In this document: one piece after another, positions 16,737-27,252 of the stretch
Position numbering within the stretch: the first letter of the stretch is position 1
Layout of the letters: the number at the start of each line of letters is the position of its first letter
IMG/VR virus record: IMGVR_UViG_3300035682_000031
Coordinates: 1,223-65,222 of that record
Source: a virus
Lineage: Duplodnaviria; Caudoviricetes
Direction: 5' to 3' (one strand)
Length of the DNA: 64,000 bases
Program-made: the position numbers and the translations under genes
The notes under the pieces: model-generated
What the model was told of the DNA's origin: nothing
Seen by the model: only the letters and a program-made list of their open reading frames with translations
Databases searched by the model: none

Positions 16737-18258
16737 CGTGAATATCAATCTGGATATGACCAAGTATCCTACACTGGTTGAGTTTACCCAAAGTCCAGAA
16801 TATATCCGTATGATAATCGGCCCTGCCGGGTCGATGAAGACATCATGGTGTTTCAACGAAATATTAAAATTTGCTTGCGCGCAGGAGCCCGATGCGTTTG
16901 GTGTACGTAGCACCCGTTGGTGTGTAGTGCGAAACACGTATCAAGTTTTGAAAGATTCCACCCTCCGAACAGCAAAAAATATTTTGGGCGTCTTAAATTC
17001 TGGGTTGAAGCCAGAGCAGAAGAAGGCCATTGTATTTATCGAAGGCACACTACCCAAAGCGCGCGCTAATTTCGATCTTCCCGACGGCACAACGGTTGAA
17101 TTTGAAATCGACTTCTTGGCTGTGGATTCTGTAGACGTTGTGGGTAAATTGCTCGGTTACGAGTTCACAGGATGTTTCCTAGACGAAGTTTCTGAACTAC
17201 CCAAAGAGGTTGTACTGGCTGCTGCGCGGCGTGCAGGACGGTACCCGTTCAATGTTAAAGCTACGTGGTTTGGTTTGTTCGGTGCAACCAATGGCCCAAA
17301 AGAAGATCATTGGCTGTATAATTGGTCTATGGGTGGGGATGAGGACTTTAAAAAACTCATGCTTGAAATTGAATCTAAGACAGGACGAAAGTTCTTTCGA
17401 TTGTTTCAGCAACCTCCTGCGCTCCTTCGACCAGATAAAGATCATCCAAACTGGCGAGAAAACCCACGGGCAGAAAATGTCCATAATTTACCGGGTGAGT
17501 ATGGATATTATTTTGCCATGTTGGCAGGTAGTGACCCAGAAATTCAAGCCTACGTCGAAGGCAAGTTTGCCAAGCTAGTAACCGGCGAAGTCGTGTTCAA
17601 AGAGTTTAGCGAATCTTTCCATGTTATAGATAATGAAGACTTGCCACCAGTGGCCGGGCATGATCTGGTATTGGGGGCTGACTTCGGGCGCACACCGGCA
17701 ATATTGTTGGGCGCCGAGGCCGCTGACGGAACGCTCTATATCATTGACGAGATATTGGGTGAGGATGTGTCGATTGATAAGCTGATAGATGAGTATCTCA
17801 AACCCGTAATGACGCAAAGATACAAGGGCAGCGTCGTCAGTGAAGCGTGGGGTGACCCTGCAGGTTCGAACAAAGGGCAGGCAAATGATCTATCCCCATT
17901 CGAAGTCGTGAACCAGAAAGGCATTCCAATAACGGCCGCGTTACAGCATAATTTATATCCGCCACGGCTAGACGCTGTTCGATACTACTTGGAGAGAATT
18001 GGCTCAAACGGCAAGCCAAAGATTCGTATTGCAAAGCGATGTGTTTATCTGATAAAATCACTCGGGTACAACTACATCTATGAAAAAACAGCAAGTAATT
18101 CAACGATTACAAAAGATACACCGACCAAGTCCCATATCGGTTGGGTTTCGGATGTTGCAGATGCGTTACAATATTTATGCTTGGGTTTACGTCTACGCGG
18201 TGTTAAGCCAAAACGGGACAAAGGTTTCAAACCCAAGAAAAAGAAAAATCGAGTTTAA
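16729..18258 (+). CDS. terL: terminase large subunit
   Basis: Walker A GPAGSMKT, Walker B CFLDE, ATN coupling motif, nuclease GADFG and DVADALQY. Confidence 0.92.
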   Translation: MSDVNINLDMTKYPTLVEFTQSPEYIRMIIGPAGSMKTSWCFNEILKFACAQEPDAFGVRSTRWCVVRNTYQVLKDSTLRTAKNILGVLNSGLKPEQKKAIVFIEGTLPKARANFDLPDGTTVEFEIDFLAVDSVDVVGKLLGYEFTGCFLDEVSELPKEVVLAAARRAGRYPFNVKATWFGLFGATNGPKEDHWLYNWSMGGDEDFKKLMLEIESKTGRKFFRLFQQPPALLRPDKDHPNWRENPRAENVHNLPGEYGYYFAMLAGSDPEIQAYVEGKFAKLVTGEVVFKEFSESFHVIDNEDLPPVAGHDLVLGADFGRTPAILLGAEAADGTLYIIDEILGEDVSIDKLIDEYLKPVMTQRYKGSVVSEAWGDPAGSNKGQANDLSPFEVVNQKGIPITAALQHNLYPPRLDAVRYYLERIGSNGKPKIRIAKRCVYLIKSLGYNYIYEKTASNSTITKDTPTKSHIGWVSDVADALQYLCLGLRLRGVKPKRDKGFKPKKKKNRV

Positions 18259-18269
18259 GGAGGTTCACA

Positions 18270-18362
18270 ATGTTGGTATCTCAGTCATTACGCTGCGGGT
18301 CACAAGGATGTTCTACAAAAACCCCAGTCCGCCCACCACAATTAGCTAAATCTACCTGCTGA
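18270..18362 (+). CDS. 30-aa peptide coupled to the portal gene (not in ORF track)
   Basis: TAAGGAGGT SD; MLVSQSLRCGSQGCSTKTPVRPPQLAKSTC; its TGA overlaps the portal ATG. Confidence 0.55.
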   Translation: MLVSQSLRCGSQGCSTKTPVRPPQLAKSTC

Positions 18363-20311
18363 TGATGCGCAAAAAGAAACTGCGGGTTTCTCAGGCCCTT
18401 GGTTCATTTGTCAGAGCTAAGTTTACTGCCGCACAAGATTTTAAGCGACGAGATGTCTATGATCGCTTGCTTCGTTGCGTCGATATGGTGCGAGGACGCC
18501 CCATTGTAGACTTGGATGACGAGATTGAATGTGGGCTTACAATGAATATCGTAAGTCCCATTGTGCGTGGTATTGTGGGTATGCTGCGGGACATTTATGC
18601 CAACAACGCAGATCAGCCTTTTGTTTTGGACTCGAGTCCAGTTGTAGATCTTCCAGAAACGGTACGAGAACAATTAGAAGCTGAGTTAATCGCGCGCTAT
18701 CCACAGATGATTCAAAATTTGGGGTACGACCAGAGCGCGTACAAAGCAGATATAGAACAGTTAAAACAAACCACGATCAAGATGGAAAACATGCGCGCGG
18801 TGCGCGCAGCCTCCGCGCTGACACCAGTCGTAAACGATCAACTTCTCGACGCCGGCTGGAGCGCAGAGTTTGAGAACAAATTTTTGCATAATTATGTTGT
18901 GTTCCCCACAGCGATTATGAAAGTGCCCGTTTGGCGTGTTAAGAAGTGGAAACGCTGGAATGGTACTACAATGGCGGTAGAGGAGAAAGTGGTTTGTACC
19001 GTTGAAACGGTATCGCCATTTGATTTTTACCCTGCCCCCGGAGCTTCTTGTGTGGAAGACGCAGAGTACGTAATTGAACGGCGTCGTGTAAATAACAGCG
19101 AGTTGCGTTCTTATTCCAGCGTCAATGGGTTTGATGATGAAGGACTGGATTTGGTACTGGAGACATATCCAGATGGGCATGTTGAGGAGTACGAAGATGG
19201 CCAAAATACGACAAACCAAGAACTCGGCATTGATTCAATGGATGAAGGGTTTGAAGGATTTTACGATGCACTTGGTTATTTTGGTGTAATCCCAGGTTCT
19301 TATCTTGTCCAGTACGGAGTGGACGGCGTAGAAGCTGGATTCAACTACGAGGCCGAAGTTTGGACCGTAGGTGATATCGTAATTAAAGCAAGATTGAATC
19401 CAGACTCGGTTGGTCGTCGACCATTTCGGGCTTGTTCTTTCGAACCGATCCCCGGCGAGTTTTGGGGTGAATGTCCAGTCACACGATTAGAGGACATCCA
19501 ACGAGTGTGCACGTCAACTGTTGCGCACATGATTCGAAACCTGTCTTTCAGTAGTGGTCCAATCTTAGAAGTCGTTCGTTCGCGTTTCGAGGACGACACA
19601 GACGCAGAAGATTTTAGCCCGTACACTACCAAAGATATAAAACCAGATCTAGCAGGCAATCAAGGACGTGCTATTAACACAGTTGAGACACAATCTAAAG
19701 TGTCCGAGTTTATGGCGTTGTTTGATAAATTTGTTGAGTTAGGATATGACGCTGTTGGTATTCCGAAAGCGCTGTTCGGTTCGCCTGACGGCTTAGGTAC
19801 GATTGGGCGTTCAGCAGGTGGTATTGCTGCTGTTTTCACACAGGCATCTAAGTCTATCAAATATTCAATGCGTTTGTTGGAAGAAGGAATTATTGAGCCG
19901 TCTATTCAGTGGTTTGTAGATTACACAATAATGACCACACGAGATGACACGCTCAAAGGGGACATTCGTGTTCGAGCACGCGGCGTCACTGGTATTGCAG
20001 ATCGCGAGGCAAAGCGAGAAGGTCTGGAATGGGCGTTGCAGTCTATTGCTCCGATGGTAGGTATTGTAGATCCGACGACGGGACAACCTGTCATTCCGGC
20101 AACCGCACCAGCAAGAATTTTATTTGAGATATTTAAAGCAAGAGGCATTCCAACGGACGGTGTTTTCACTACGGATTTCGATTTGCAGGATGCCTTGCAA
20201 GCAGACACAAGTGGCTCGGCGCAGAATACGCCGGAAGTAGTAGCGACACCAACACTAGATGGTCGAAGTGGTGATATGCAGCAGGCATTGACATCTGAGA
20301 ACGGTTTGTAA
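18362..20311 (+). CDS. portal protein
   Basis: 649 aa after TerL; SPFDFYP, RRPF..PGEFWG and other podovirus portal patterns. Confidence 0.85.
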   Translation: MMRKKKLRVSQALGSFVRAKFTAAQDFKRRDVYDRLLRCVDMVRGRPIVDLDDEIECGLTMNIVSPIVRGIVGMLRDIYANNADQPFVLDSSPVVDLPETVREQLEAELIARYPQMIQNLGYDQSAYKADIEQLKQTTIKMENMRAVRAASALTPVVNDQLLDAGWSAEFENKFLHNYVVFPTAIMKVPVWRVKKWKRWNGTTMAVEEKVVCTVETVSPFDFYPAPGASCVEDAEYVIERRRVNNSELRSYSSVNGFDDEGLDLVLETYPDGHVEEYEDGQNTTNQELGIDSMDEGFEGFYDALGYFGVIPGSYLVQYGVDGVEAGFNYEAEVWTVGDIVIKARLNPDSVGRRPFRACSFEPIPGEFWGECPVTRLEDIQRVCTSTVAHMIRNLSFSSGPILEVVRSRFEDDTDAEDFSPYTTKDIKPDLAGNQGRAINTVETQSKVSEFMALFDKFVELGYDAVGIPKALFGSPDGLGTIGRSAGGIAAVFTQASKSIKYSMRLLEEGIIEPSIQWFVDYTIMTTRDDTLKGDIRVRARGVTGIADREAKREGLEWALQSIAPMVGIVDPTTGQPVIPATAPARILFEIFKARGIPTDGVFTTDFDLQDALQADTSGSAQNTPEVVATPTLDGRSGDMQQALTSENGL

Positions 20312-20340
20312 TAGAATGCGGTTATTAACAGGGACAATCC

Positions 20341-20712
20341 ATGGCACAGCGTTGTAAAACTTATTCGTTTGCGGTAGATGTGGTGGGTGAAAATGCCACA
20401 TCTCCTACCGACGATTGGGAATTCACGATAGGTGTCCCGGCAGTTATTCATGCAGATACGCCGATCGAAGGACACTGTTTTGCATATTGTGTGTTTCGCA
20501 TAGTAGAATGTCCTATAGGATGCACTACGACGCCGTATGAGTATGAACTACCACTGAGTTGCTGTATGCCAATATTACCCCCCGGTAAATACAGAATTTG
20601 TTTTCCTGAGCAAAAGAAACTAACATACGAAGATGTCCAGACAACACTGGATATGATGTTAGAAGACGTTGATCAGACGTTTATTGACATCATGGCATTG
20701 AACTGCCAATAA
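20341..20712 (+). CDS. Cys-rich putative virion protein
   Basis: 123 aa; PGKYR motif shared with 21811-22107. Confidence 0.65.
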   Translation: MAQRCKTYSFAVDVVGENATSPTDDWEFTIGVPAVIHADTPIEGHCFAYCVFRIVECPIGCTTTPYEYELPLSCCMPILPPGKYRICFPEQKKLTYEDVQTTLDMMLEDVDQTFIDIMALNCQ

Positions 20713-20725
20713 GGGGAGGTGTATT

Positions 20726-21580
20726 ATGGGATGCAGCAGCAAGTGTGGATCGGATCAAGCTCTGATCGAACTCATCGTTAACAATGCAATTTTCAAGGCG
20801 ATTAACGATCACGTTATACAAGCCGCTCTGAAAGATTGCGACGGTAATTGGATGGGTGCTGAGACTCGTGTAGTCACCTGTGCAACATTGGCAACACAAA
20901 TCTGTACGTTGTTCCAAGACGGCGATTTGTGTATTGATTCAGTCACAGCGTTCTCATACAACCCCACAAGTTTCATTCTCACATTGACAACGACAGGCAA
21001 CACGTTTGCTGTCGATCTCTCATCACTCGCGGATGCAACAACTGACACGTTTGTGGTCAGTGGGTCAATTTCTGGCAACACCATGAACTTGGTGCGCAAC
21101 GACACTGGTACCGTAGCTGTAGATCTCACACCACTTACTAGCCAAATTCGCACTTATGTAAACTGCTTGGGCGCGTCTATCCCCAACGGTGCATCAATCG
21201 CAACGTGCTCTGATTTGACAGCGGCAATCAATACAGTTACAGGCAGCATTCCACAGTACGTTAGTTGTACAGGTGTTGCTATCACTACGGGCGCCTCTTT
21301 GGCGACGTGTTCTGACTTAAGTACCGCAATAGCGGGGATCGGCCCCATTCCAGCGTACGTAGATTGTAATGGTGCACCAGTATTGAACGGTGCCGCGTTA
21401 GCGACCTGTTCAGATTTGGTAGCCGCGATCAGTGGATTTGCACTACAAGCAGTGCCCGCACCAAGCCCAGGCACAGAGTTACCGACGTTGGTGATTGGAG
21501 ATCGTTCTGAATTGATGGGCAAACCGGTTGTAATGGTAGAACTTTTGCCAGGTTTGTTTGTACCAGCGTACAATATCTAA
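20726..21580 (+). CDS. putative head fibre/decoration protein with Cys-paired repeats
   Basis: Three YVxCxG...GA.(I/L)ATCSDL..AI repeats plus one degenerate copy. Confidence 0.65.
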   Translation: MGCSSKCGSDQALIELIVNNAIFKAINDHVIQAALKDCDGNWMGAETRVVTCATLATQICTLFQDGDLCIDSVTAFSYNPTSFILTLTTTGNTFAVDLSSLADATTDTFVVSGSISGNTMNLVRNDTGTVAVDLTPLTSQIRTYVNCLGASIPNGASIATCSDLTAAINTVTGSIPQYVSCTGVAITTGASLATCSDLSTAIAGIGPIPAYVDCNGAPVLNGAALATCSDLVAAISGFALQAVPAPSPGTELPTLVIGDRSELMGKPVVMVELLPGLFVPAYNI

Positions 21581-21592
21581 ACGGAGAACATT

Positions 21593-21823
21593 ATGACGAT
21601 CATTGCGTTATCCCAAGCAGAAGCCCGTGCTATCCAGTCGTTACGCAGCCGATCAGAAGTTCCTGTGGTGCGCGCAGTTTTGGAACGCAGTTTAACGGAA
21701 GCTCGTGCAGCTTATGAAAATACTGTACCCGCAAACGAAGATCTTCGACAAGACGTCATTGCACATAAACGGATCATTTCGTTTTTGTTTGATGACACGG
21801 TTGAAAAAGGATGGTCAAAATGA
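21593..21823 (+). CDS. small helical protein
   Basis: GGAG SD; paralog of 22107-22313. Confidence 0.65.
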   Translation: MTIIALSQAEARAIQSLRSRSEVPVVRAVLERSLTEARAAYENTVPANEDLRQDVIAHKRIISFLFDDTVEKGWSK

Positions 21824-22107
21824 TGAATTTTAGCGTAGCCTGCGGGGAAACGAAATGGATTGCCGTTACTGGCCTCGGCGCAGGAGAAGCGTTTAAACTC
21901 CAGTTTGCCGCTTGTGAAGGGTGTACTGCGGCTGATACGGACTGGGAGACTTATTCTCCAGACGGTGCCCCTGTAGTTTTGGATGAAGTGAATAATCCTA
22001 TCAGTGTCTGTACACCAGGTCGATATCGCGTTGTTCCGGATGGTATTGTTAGCACAGGTGCGAAGGTTTGTGAAATTGGCACTTGTACAAACTGCGGGGG
22101 TTGCTGA
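21811..22107 (+). CDS. Cys-rich putative virion protein
   Basis: 98 aa; CEGC and PGRYR motifs. Confidence 0.65.
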   Translation: MVKMMNFSVACGETKWIAVTGLGAGEAFKLQFAACEGCTAADTDWETYSPDGAPVVLDEVNNPISVCTPGRYRVVPDGIVSTGAKVCEIGTCTNCGGC

Positions 22108-22313
22108 TGAAGGACCAAAAACAAATACAGGCTGAAAAAGTCTTATTGGGTCAAGTTCGCGCGTCTCCGATTTATCGACAGTTTATCCAGTTATTACGCG
22201 ATAAACAAACCGAGGTTCGTGAGGTTTATGAAGCTCAAACTGCCAACGAGCATACTCGTGGTAAAATTAACCAGATGACCGAAATCATCAACCTTTTAGA
22301 AGGAAAACAGTAA
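22107..22313 (+). CDS. small helical protein
   Basis: Start MKDQK; R..YE...ANE..R motif shared with 21593-21823. Confidence 0.65.
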   Translation: MKDQKQIQAEKVLLGQVRASPIYRQFIQLLRDKQTEVREVYEAQTANEHTRGKINQMTEIINLLEGKQ

Positions 22314-22314
22314 A

Positions 22315-23265
22315 ATGTCTACTACCCCCCAGGATGATTACAATGAATTAGAAGAGTTGTTGCGGGCTACCGCTCCGGACCCCCAAGGTTCCGAGGATGA
22401 TGCAAAGCCCAACACACCTCTTGAGTTTGACCCAGAGCAATACGTTTTTGGCGATGGTGAGGATGAGAACGTTGAAGTAGAGACGCCAGCAACGCCCGCA
22501 GCAACTGTTACACCCGGTGTAACAGGAACGATCGATCCGACCATCTTGGAGTTGCAGCGCGGACAAATGGCAACAAATAAGAGTATCGCAGATGCTCTTG
22601 AGCGCCTAAGTTCTAATCGACAGGCAGAAACAGCGCCTGCGCCAGATACGTTTTTTGATGTTCAGGATGTAACGGACGAGGAAGCAGGTGTTTATAAAGC
22701 TGCCATGCCATTTGTCCAAAAAGTTGTGAATAATAGTGCGCGACGTATTTTAGCGGACTATGATGAGCGTTATGTTAAACCGGTCTGGCAAGAAAACCAA
22801 GAGCTGAAACAGCGTTTGGCGCAGATCGACAGCAACGTTCAGACCAGCGCGCAGAGTGCATTGATGGGACAATTGCGTTCGGCAGTGCCAGAGTACGACA
22901 ATATATTGCAATCGCAGGAGTGGCAGAATAAGCTGAATGAGCCAGTAGCTTCAGGCGCGTCAATGACTTATCGTACGATTGCAGCAGAGATGGCACGGGT
23001 TGGTGACGTAGCGGGTGTAGCAGCGCTCATGAATTCTGCGCGTAAACAAGTACCGGACCCACAGAAAAACGTGTCTCCGGGTCGCACACCAGCAGCAGCG
23101 CCCGCATCACGCGCTAATGTGCCACAAAAGAAATTGCCTTATTCAAAACTGGATCAGGCACAAAGAGAGTATTTATCGGGGCAAATGACGGCCGATAAAT
23201 TTCAAAAGATTGAGTCGTTGTATACGAACGCCGACTTAATGGGTAACGTGGATTACAATCGGTAA
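22315..23265 (+). CDS. capsid scaffolding protein (putative)
   Basis: Acidic disordered N-terminus, coiled coil, immediately upstream of the capsid gene. Confidence 0.75.
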   Translation: MSTTPQDDYNELEELLRATAPDPQGSEDDAKPNTPLEFDPEQYVFGDGEDENVEVETPATPAATVTPGVTGTIDPTILELQRGQMATNKSIADALERLSSNRQAETAPAPDTFFDVQDVTDEEAGVYKAAMPFVQKVVNNSARRILADYDERYVKPVWQENQELKQRLAQIDSNVQTSAQSALMGQLRSAVPEYDNILQSQEWQNKLNEPVASGASMTYRTIAAEMARVGDVAGVAALMNSARKQVPDPQKNVSPGRTPAAAPASRANVPQKKLPYSKLDQAQREYLSGQMTADKFQKIESLYTNADLMGNVDYNR

Positions 23266-23304
23266 TACACGTTTTTTAGGTAAACTAATAGGGGGGATCC
23301 TATC

Positions 23305-24249
23305 ATGCCAAATAAGGTACTGCCATCGGCGTCCGGTTATAATGTGTACGGCTTCTTGAAGTCACCGGTCTTTGCTAAAGGCTTCATTTCGTATTTCTAC
23401 CCAAAGTCGCTTGTCGCTCAAATTTCGGAAACGAATTTCGAGGGTACGAGTTTCAAAGAGGGTTCTGAAATCGTTTTTAAACGTGCTCCGCGAGCAGAGT
23501 TGTTTTCGTACCGTAAAAACCAAGAGCTGGAAGTTTCCAGCATGGATACGACACCGATCACAATGACCATCAAGCGCGGTAGCTATTTCAACGTGAAGTT
23601 GGATATCGTCGACAAGATGCAAATCGATGAAATCATGAAAGCATTGGAGTTGTTCAAACAAGATGCGTCTGAAAAGCTGGCGATCGAGATTGATCGTAAG
23701 ATGATCGACACAATGTTGCGCGAAGCTGCTCCATGTAACAAAGGTAATAGTGCTGGTATTCGCACCGGGCGTTACAATTTGGGTGTTGGTGGTGCTCCAG
23801 TAGCGTTATCTGGCGCTAACGTGATGAAGATGATTCGCACGTTGAGCTTAGTGTTGGATGAACAGAATCTGCCAAAATCCGGTCGATTTATCATCTTGCC
23901 GCCCGAAGCAACGTTGGCGTTTGATGAAACTATTTTGAACAATACCTGCGCGTCAGGTTTGAACAAAGCGTTGATTTTAACAGAAGCGTACAACATCCCT
24001 CAGTTGGCCGGCTTTACGGTTTACTTCTCATCAAACATGCCGTCGTACGCAGAAAATGGCCAGATCGCTTATCCGATTATTGCTGGTTTGAAGGGTGCCA
24101 CTGGTTATGTGATGCAGTTGGAAAAAATGCAACACATCGACCAAGATTCACGATCATTTAGTGAATACTGGCGTGGTTTGTGGATCTATGACTGGAAAGT
24201 TATTCGTCCTGAGATGTTGGCCGCCGCTTACGTTACAATCGCTGTTTAA
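23305..24249 (+). CDS. major capsid protein
   Basis: 314 aa; LDEQNLP..GRFIILPP, AGFTVYFSSNMP and RGL..YDWKVIRPE, typical of podovirus HK97-fold capsids. Confidence 0.85.
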   Translation: MPNKVLPSASGYNVYGFLKSPVFAKGFISYFYPKSLVAQISETNFEGTSFKEGSEIVFKRAPRAELFSYRKNQELEVSSMDTTPITMTIKRGSYFNVKLDIVDKMQIDEIMKALELFKQDASEKLAIEIDRKMIDTMLREAAPCNKGNSAGIRTGRYNLGVGGAPVALSGANVMKMIRTLSLVLDEQNLPKSGRFIILPPEATLAFDETILNNTCASGLNKALILTEAYNIPQLAGFTVYFSSNMPSYAENGQIAYPIIAGLKGATGYVMQLEKMQHIDQDSRSFSEYWRGLWIYDWKVIRPEMLAAAYVTIAV

Positions 24250-24260
24250 GGAGAGCACAA

Positions 24261-24962
24261 ATGCAATGGAATCTATTTGATTCGGGTGATAAGTTAAAGT
24301 ACCCATGGGACGGGCAATACCCGAATTCGGACACCCCAGGTGGTGTCCACTACGCCGCCCATTTACCACGGCGTCACCTCGTATTACCGTTTATCTTTGA
24401 TGCGGCTGTTCCTCCATACAGCAACTTCATTGCTCAGGTAATCGAGGAAAACCCAACTGGTACAGGCCCGTTGATTGCTGGCGATACTATCGCGTCACAC
24501 TATTTGTATGCAGGTACCAAGGTTAACGACCTTGTGTTTCACAACAAAAAAGTGGCGAGAGGCGCTTATGCTAGTGTCCAAGTGAAGACCGCAGCCACGT
24601 TAATGCCAGTTGGCCCCGGGATGATTGTGGATTTAGCCACACCTAGTTGGACGTTGTTATCACTGTTCGTGCCTGAAGTTGGTACTGGCGTGTTCACAGA
24701 CGCTGATGGTGACGGTTTGGACGACGACGATGTTCTTCCAGCGGTTGGTAGAGGTGCGGCAAATACACTTTTCTTGGTCGAAGATTGTATTGTCGAAATC
24801 ACCATTATTATGGGCAACTTGCAATCTTCTTGTTTCGCGCTCATGGCAGATTTGACGTATTTCAACGACCAACACGAGTGCGCATGTGTGCCGCCACCGT
24901 GCAATCCAACGTATCCAGAACCAGGCTGTGCTGTTCGTAATGAACCAGTACCAGTCCCCTAA
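24261..24962 (+). CDS. putative capsid decoration/minor virion protein
   Basis: Strong SD directly after the capsid gene; DADGDG acidic loop; Cys/Pro-rich tail. Confidence 0.6.
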   Translation: MQWNLFDSGDKLKYPWDGQYPNSDTPGGVHYAAHLPRRHLVLPFIFDAAVPPYSNFIAQVIEENPTGTGPLIAGDTIASHYLYAGTKVNDLVFHNKKVARGAYASVQVKTAATLMPVGPGMIVDLATPSWTLLSLFVPEVGTGVFTDADGDGLDDDDVLPAVGRGAANTLFLVEDCIVEITIIMGNLQSSCFALMADLTYFNDQHECACVPPPCNPTYPEPGCAVRNEPVPVP

Positions 24963-25011
24963 ATTAAGGGTGTGAACCACCCTTAACCCCCCATTTCACA
25001 GGAGTATAAAA

Positions 25012-25311
25012 ATGAGTCGATTTCCTTTAGCCGTAGTAGACCGTCATGGTTACGTATGGCCAGTTTCAGATTCACAAACCTTGGATGACGAAATTGAGTC
25101 GTCAGGGTCACGTTATATTTATGATGAAGCAGACCTAAAACGCTGCCGAACCAAAATGAAAAAAATCGAATCGGACAAGAAAACGGCTGTCCGATCAACC
25201 AGCCGTCAAGAAGCGGATCGAATCGTAGCGGAAGAACAAGCCGCGAGTGGTCAACCAAGTCTTGACTCTTTAAAAGATAATGCACTAGCAGCATTAGGGA
25301 TTACCGAATAA
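25012..25311 (+). CDS. hypothetical protein
   Basis: 99 aa, AGGAG SD. Confidence 0.65.
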   Translation: MSRFPLAVVDRHGYVWPVSDSQTLDDEIESSGSRYIYDEADLKRCRTKMKKIESDKKTAVRSTSRQEADRIVAEEQAASGQPSLDSLKDNALAALGITE

Positions 25312-26000
25312 TGATTACTGGGCGCGAATTGATTACCGATGTTTCTCGGTATCTTACAGACCAAGAAGAAGGCTTCGAGTTCGAACACTGGACGGAAGCC
25401 GATCTCTTTCTGTACTTTCGGCTAGCGCTCTCAATCGTTGCAAACACAGCAAAAGAGAAGTTTACAAAACGGATCGAGGTGCCGTTAAAAACGGGCACCA
25501 TGCAAACCCTCCCGGACAAGTGCGAAGAGTTCGACACGGTAAACGGAACATTGAATACATTAACGGGCGATATTACTTTCGCCCGTCGTGTTAAGACCAG
25601 TAATATCAGAGCATTAAATCGCCCGTTGTGTAAGTCTACGACCAATTCTGACGATGGTTATACTGTCGATAGTTGGGATTATGACGAGGACGATTCAAAT
25701 ACGATTTATGTGTACCCGCCCGTTCCAGCGGGGACTGACGCAAAAATGGTGGTGACTTGTTATTCTCCACCGGATCCAACGTCTTTGGACGAGCAGGTTA
25801 ATATATCTTCATCATATTTGTCGGCGATATTTGAATTGATGCTCTACTACGGGTTTGGTGTAGATATCGAATCGGTTCCGAGCCGTGATCGAAGTGAAAC
25901 ACACTGGAACAAAGCGGCAGAATTGTTGGGACTGGATGCTAAAGCACCAGCAAACAAGTATGCGTATACACGAATTCCGGAAGCACGAGTTAAACGATGA
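25311..26000 (+). CDS. head-tail adaptor protein (putative)
   Basis: W...DL..Y, Q.LP and IYVYPP motifs; position after the capsid genes. Confidence 0.7.
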   Translation: MITGRELITDVSRYLTDQEEGFEFEHWTEADLFLYFRLALSIVANTAKEKFTKRIEVPLKTGTMQTLPDKCEEFDTVNGTLNTLTGDITFARRVKTSNIRALNRPLCKSTTNSDDGYTVDSWDYDEDDSNTIYVYPPVPAGTDAKMVVTCYSPPDPTSLDEQVNISSSYLSAIFELMLYYGFGVDIESVPSRDRSETHWNKAAELLGLDAKAPANKYAYTRIPEARVKR

Positions 26001-26656
26001 AAACAATCGCCGATTTTGTTGACTTAGTGATCAGCGCTTCGAAAGAGGCGGAAGACATTCACCCTACGATCTTACAAGACATGATTCGCAGCACCGTGAA
26101 AGAATTTGCATCACGTACGCGAATTTTGGTGTCGGAATATTATTTCGAGACCCAGTGTAAAGTGCATGATTACCAATTTGATATCCCAGCCTGTCACCAG
26201 TTGGTTGCCGCAGAGGTTGTGGCCGTAGGTCCTTCGACAGATTGTGGCGTAGCCTTGTTTGATTGCGATTGGCGAGTTCTGAGTGCGGGACAAGATCAAA
26301 CTGTATATGGGTATCGTGGGCCAGATCAGTATGACATCGACGTGCATGATCCGGCGAACAAAGCAATTATCCTGAAAGACATCCCAGCGTCACCGCATTG
26401 GGTGTATGTGAGTTATTCCTGGACAATTGGACGAGACGATTGCCAAGTCCCTGAATCGTTTTATGAGGAATGGGGACAGGCGATCCTTTACGGAACATTG
26501 TTTCGGATACTAAAGCGAGAAGGCTTGAACTGGGCGTCTGATTACGCGTTGTATCAATCGGAAATTTCCGCAGCCAAGTCCCGTAAAAAACACCACTACA
26601 GTCCAAAAAGAGTTAAAGCCCACACAGTATCGTTTTTAGGTCGGAGACGACGATGA
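25997..26656 (+). CDS. second adaptor-like virion protein
   Basis: 219 aa; EF..RT.I and P..FYEEW..AI.YG.L pattern. Confidence 0.6.
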   Translation: MKTIADFVDLVISASKEAEDIHPTILQDMIRSTVKEFASRTRILVSEYYFETQCKVHDYQFDIPACHQLVAAEVVAVGPSTDCGVALFDCDWRVLSAGQDQTVYGYRGPDQYDIDVHDPANKAIILKDIPASPHWVYVSYSWTIGRDDCQVPESFYEEWGQAILYGTLFRILKREGLNWASDYALYQSEISAAKSRKKHHYSPKRVKAHTVSFLGRRRR

Positions 26657-27252
26657 GTAGAATTCTGTATCAACACGACAATGGTTGCGCTCCAGATTTA
26701 GGGTGTCATTTGCCACCGCCCGTATTCGAATGCGAGCCAGTTTGTAACCCATGCGATCCATGTGAGAGTACATGTGATCCCAAAACTCGCGCACGCGATT
26801 CGGTTGCAGTTCTCCAAACCGAGGTGGAGCGTTGTGTTTCGTTGTTAGGTCGAGGATGTAACGCTAAACAGCTACCCGGATTTTTACACTGTATCGCGAT
26901 GAAAGTGCGTCGTAAGGGCTTATGCACCGTAATTACAGAAGAAATACCACGCAAGGCGTTGCACGATGGATCGATTTGTTTTTCTTGGTCAAATAAGTTT
27001 CGCGATTTGCAACCCGGCTACTATGAAGGCGATATTTATTTAGATGGTAAGTCGTGCATTACATGGCCGTTTCATATACCGCCGTGTGGGGGCTCAGTTA
27101 CTACAGAAAGTATTACCGAGGAAGAGATGCCATGCGATATAATGGGGTGTGGTGAGCCTCCTTGTTGTGTTGGGGAGGTGCCTCCGTTAGAAGTTGAACC
27201 AAGCGTTAACCCAGACGTCGAATGCGATCCATGTGGAGATGAACAATGTTAA
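26653..27252 (+). CDS. very Cys-rich putative virion protein
   Basis: About 21 Cys in 199 aa by hand count. Confidence 0.7.
   Translation: MSRILYQHDNGCAPDLGCHLPPPVFECEPVCNPCDPCESTCDPKTRARDSVAVLQTEVERCVSLLGRGCNAKQLPGFLHCIAMKVRRKGLCTVITEEIPRKALHDGSICFSWSNKFRDLQPGYYEGDIYLDGKSCITWPFHIPPCGGSVTTESITEEEMPCDIMGCGEPPCCVGEVPPLEVEPSVNPDVECDPCGDEQC

Noticed and set aside
24964-24986. Hairpin TTAAGGGTG/CACCCTTAA as a terminator
   Set aside because: No U tract follows; at most an mRNA stability hairpin after the capsid genes.
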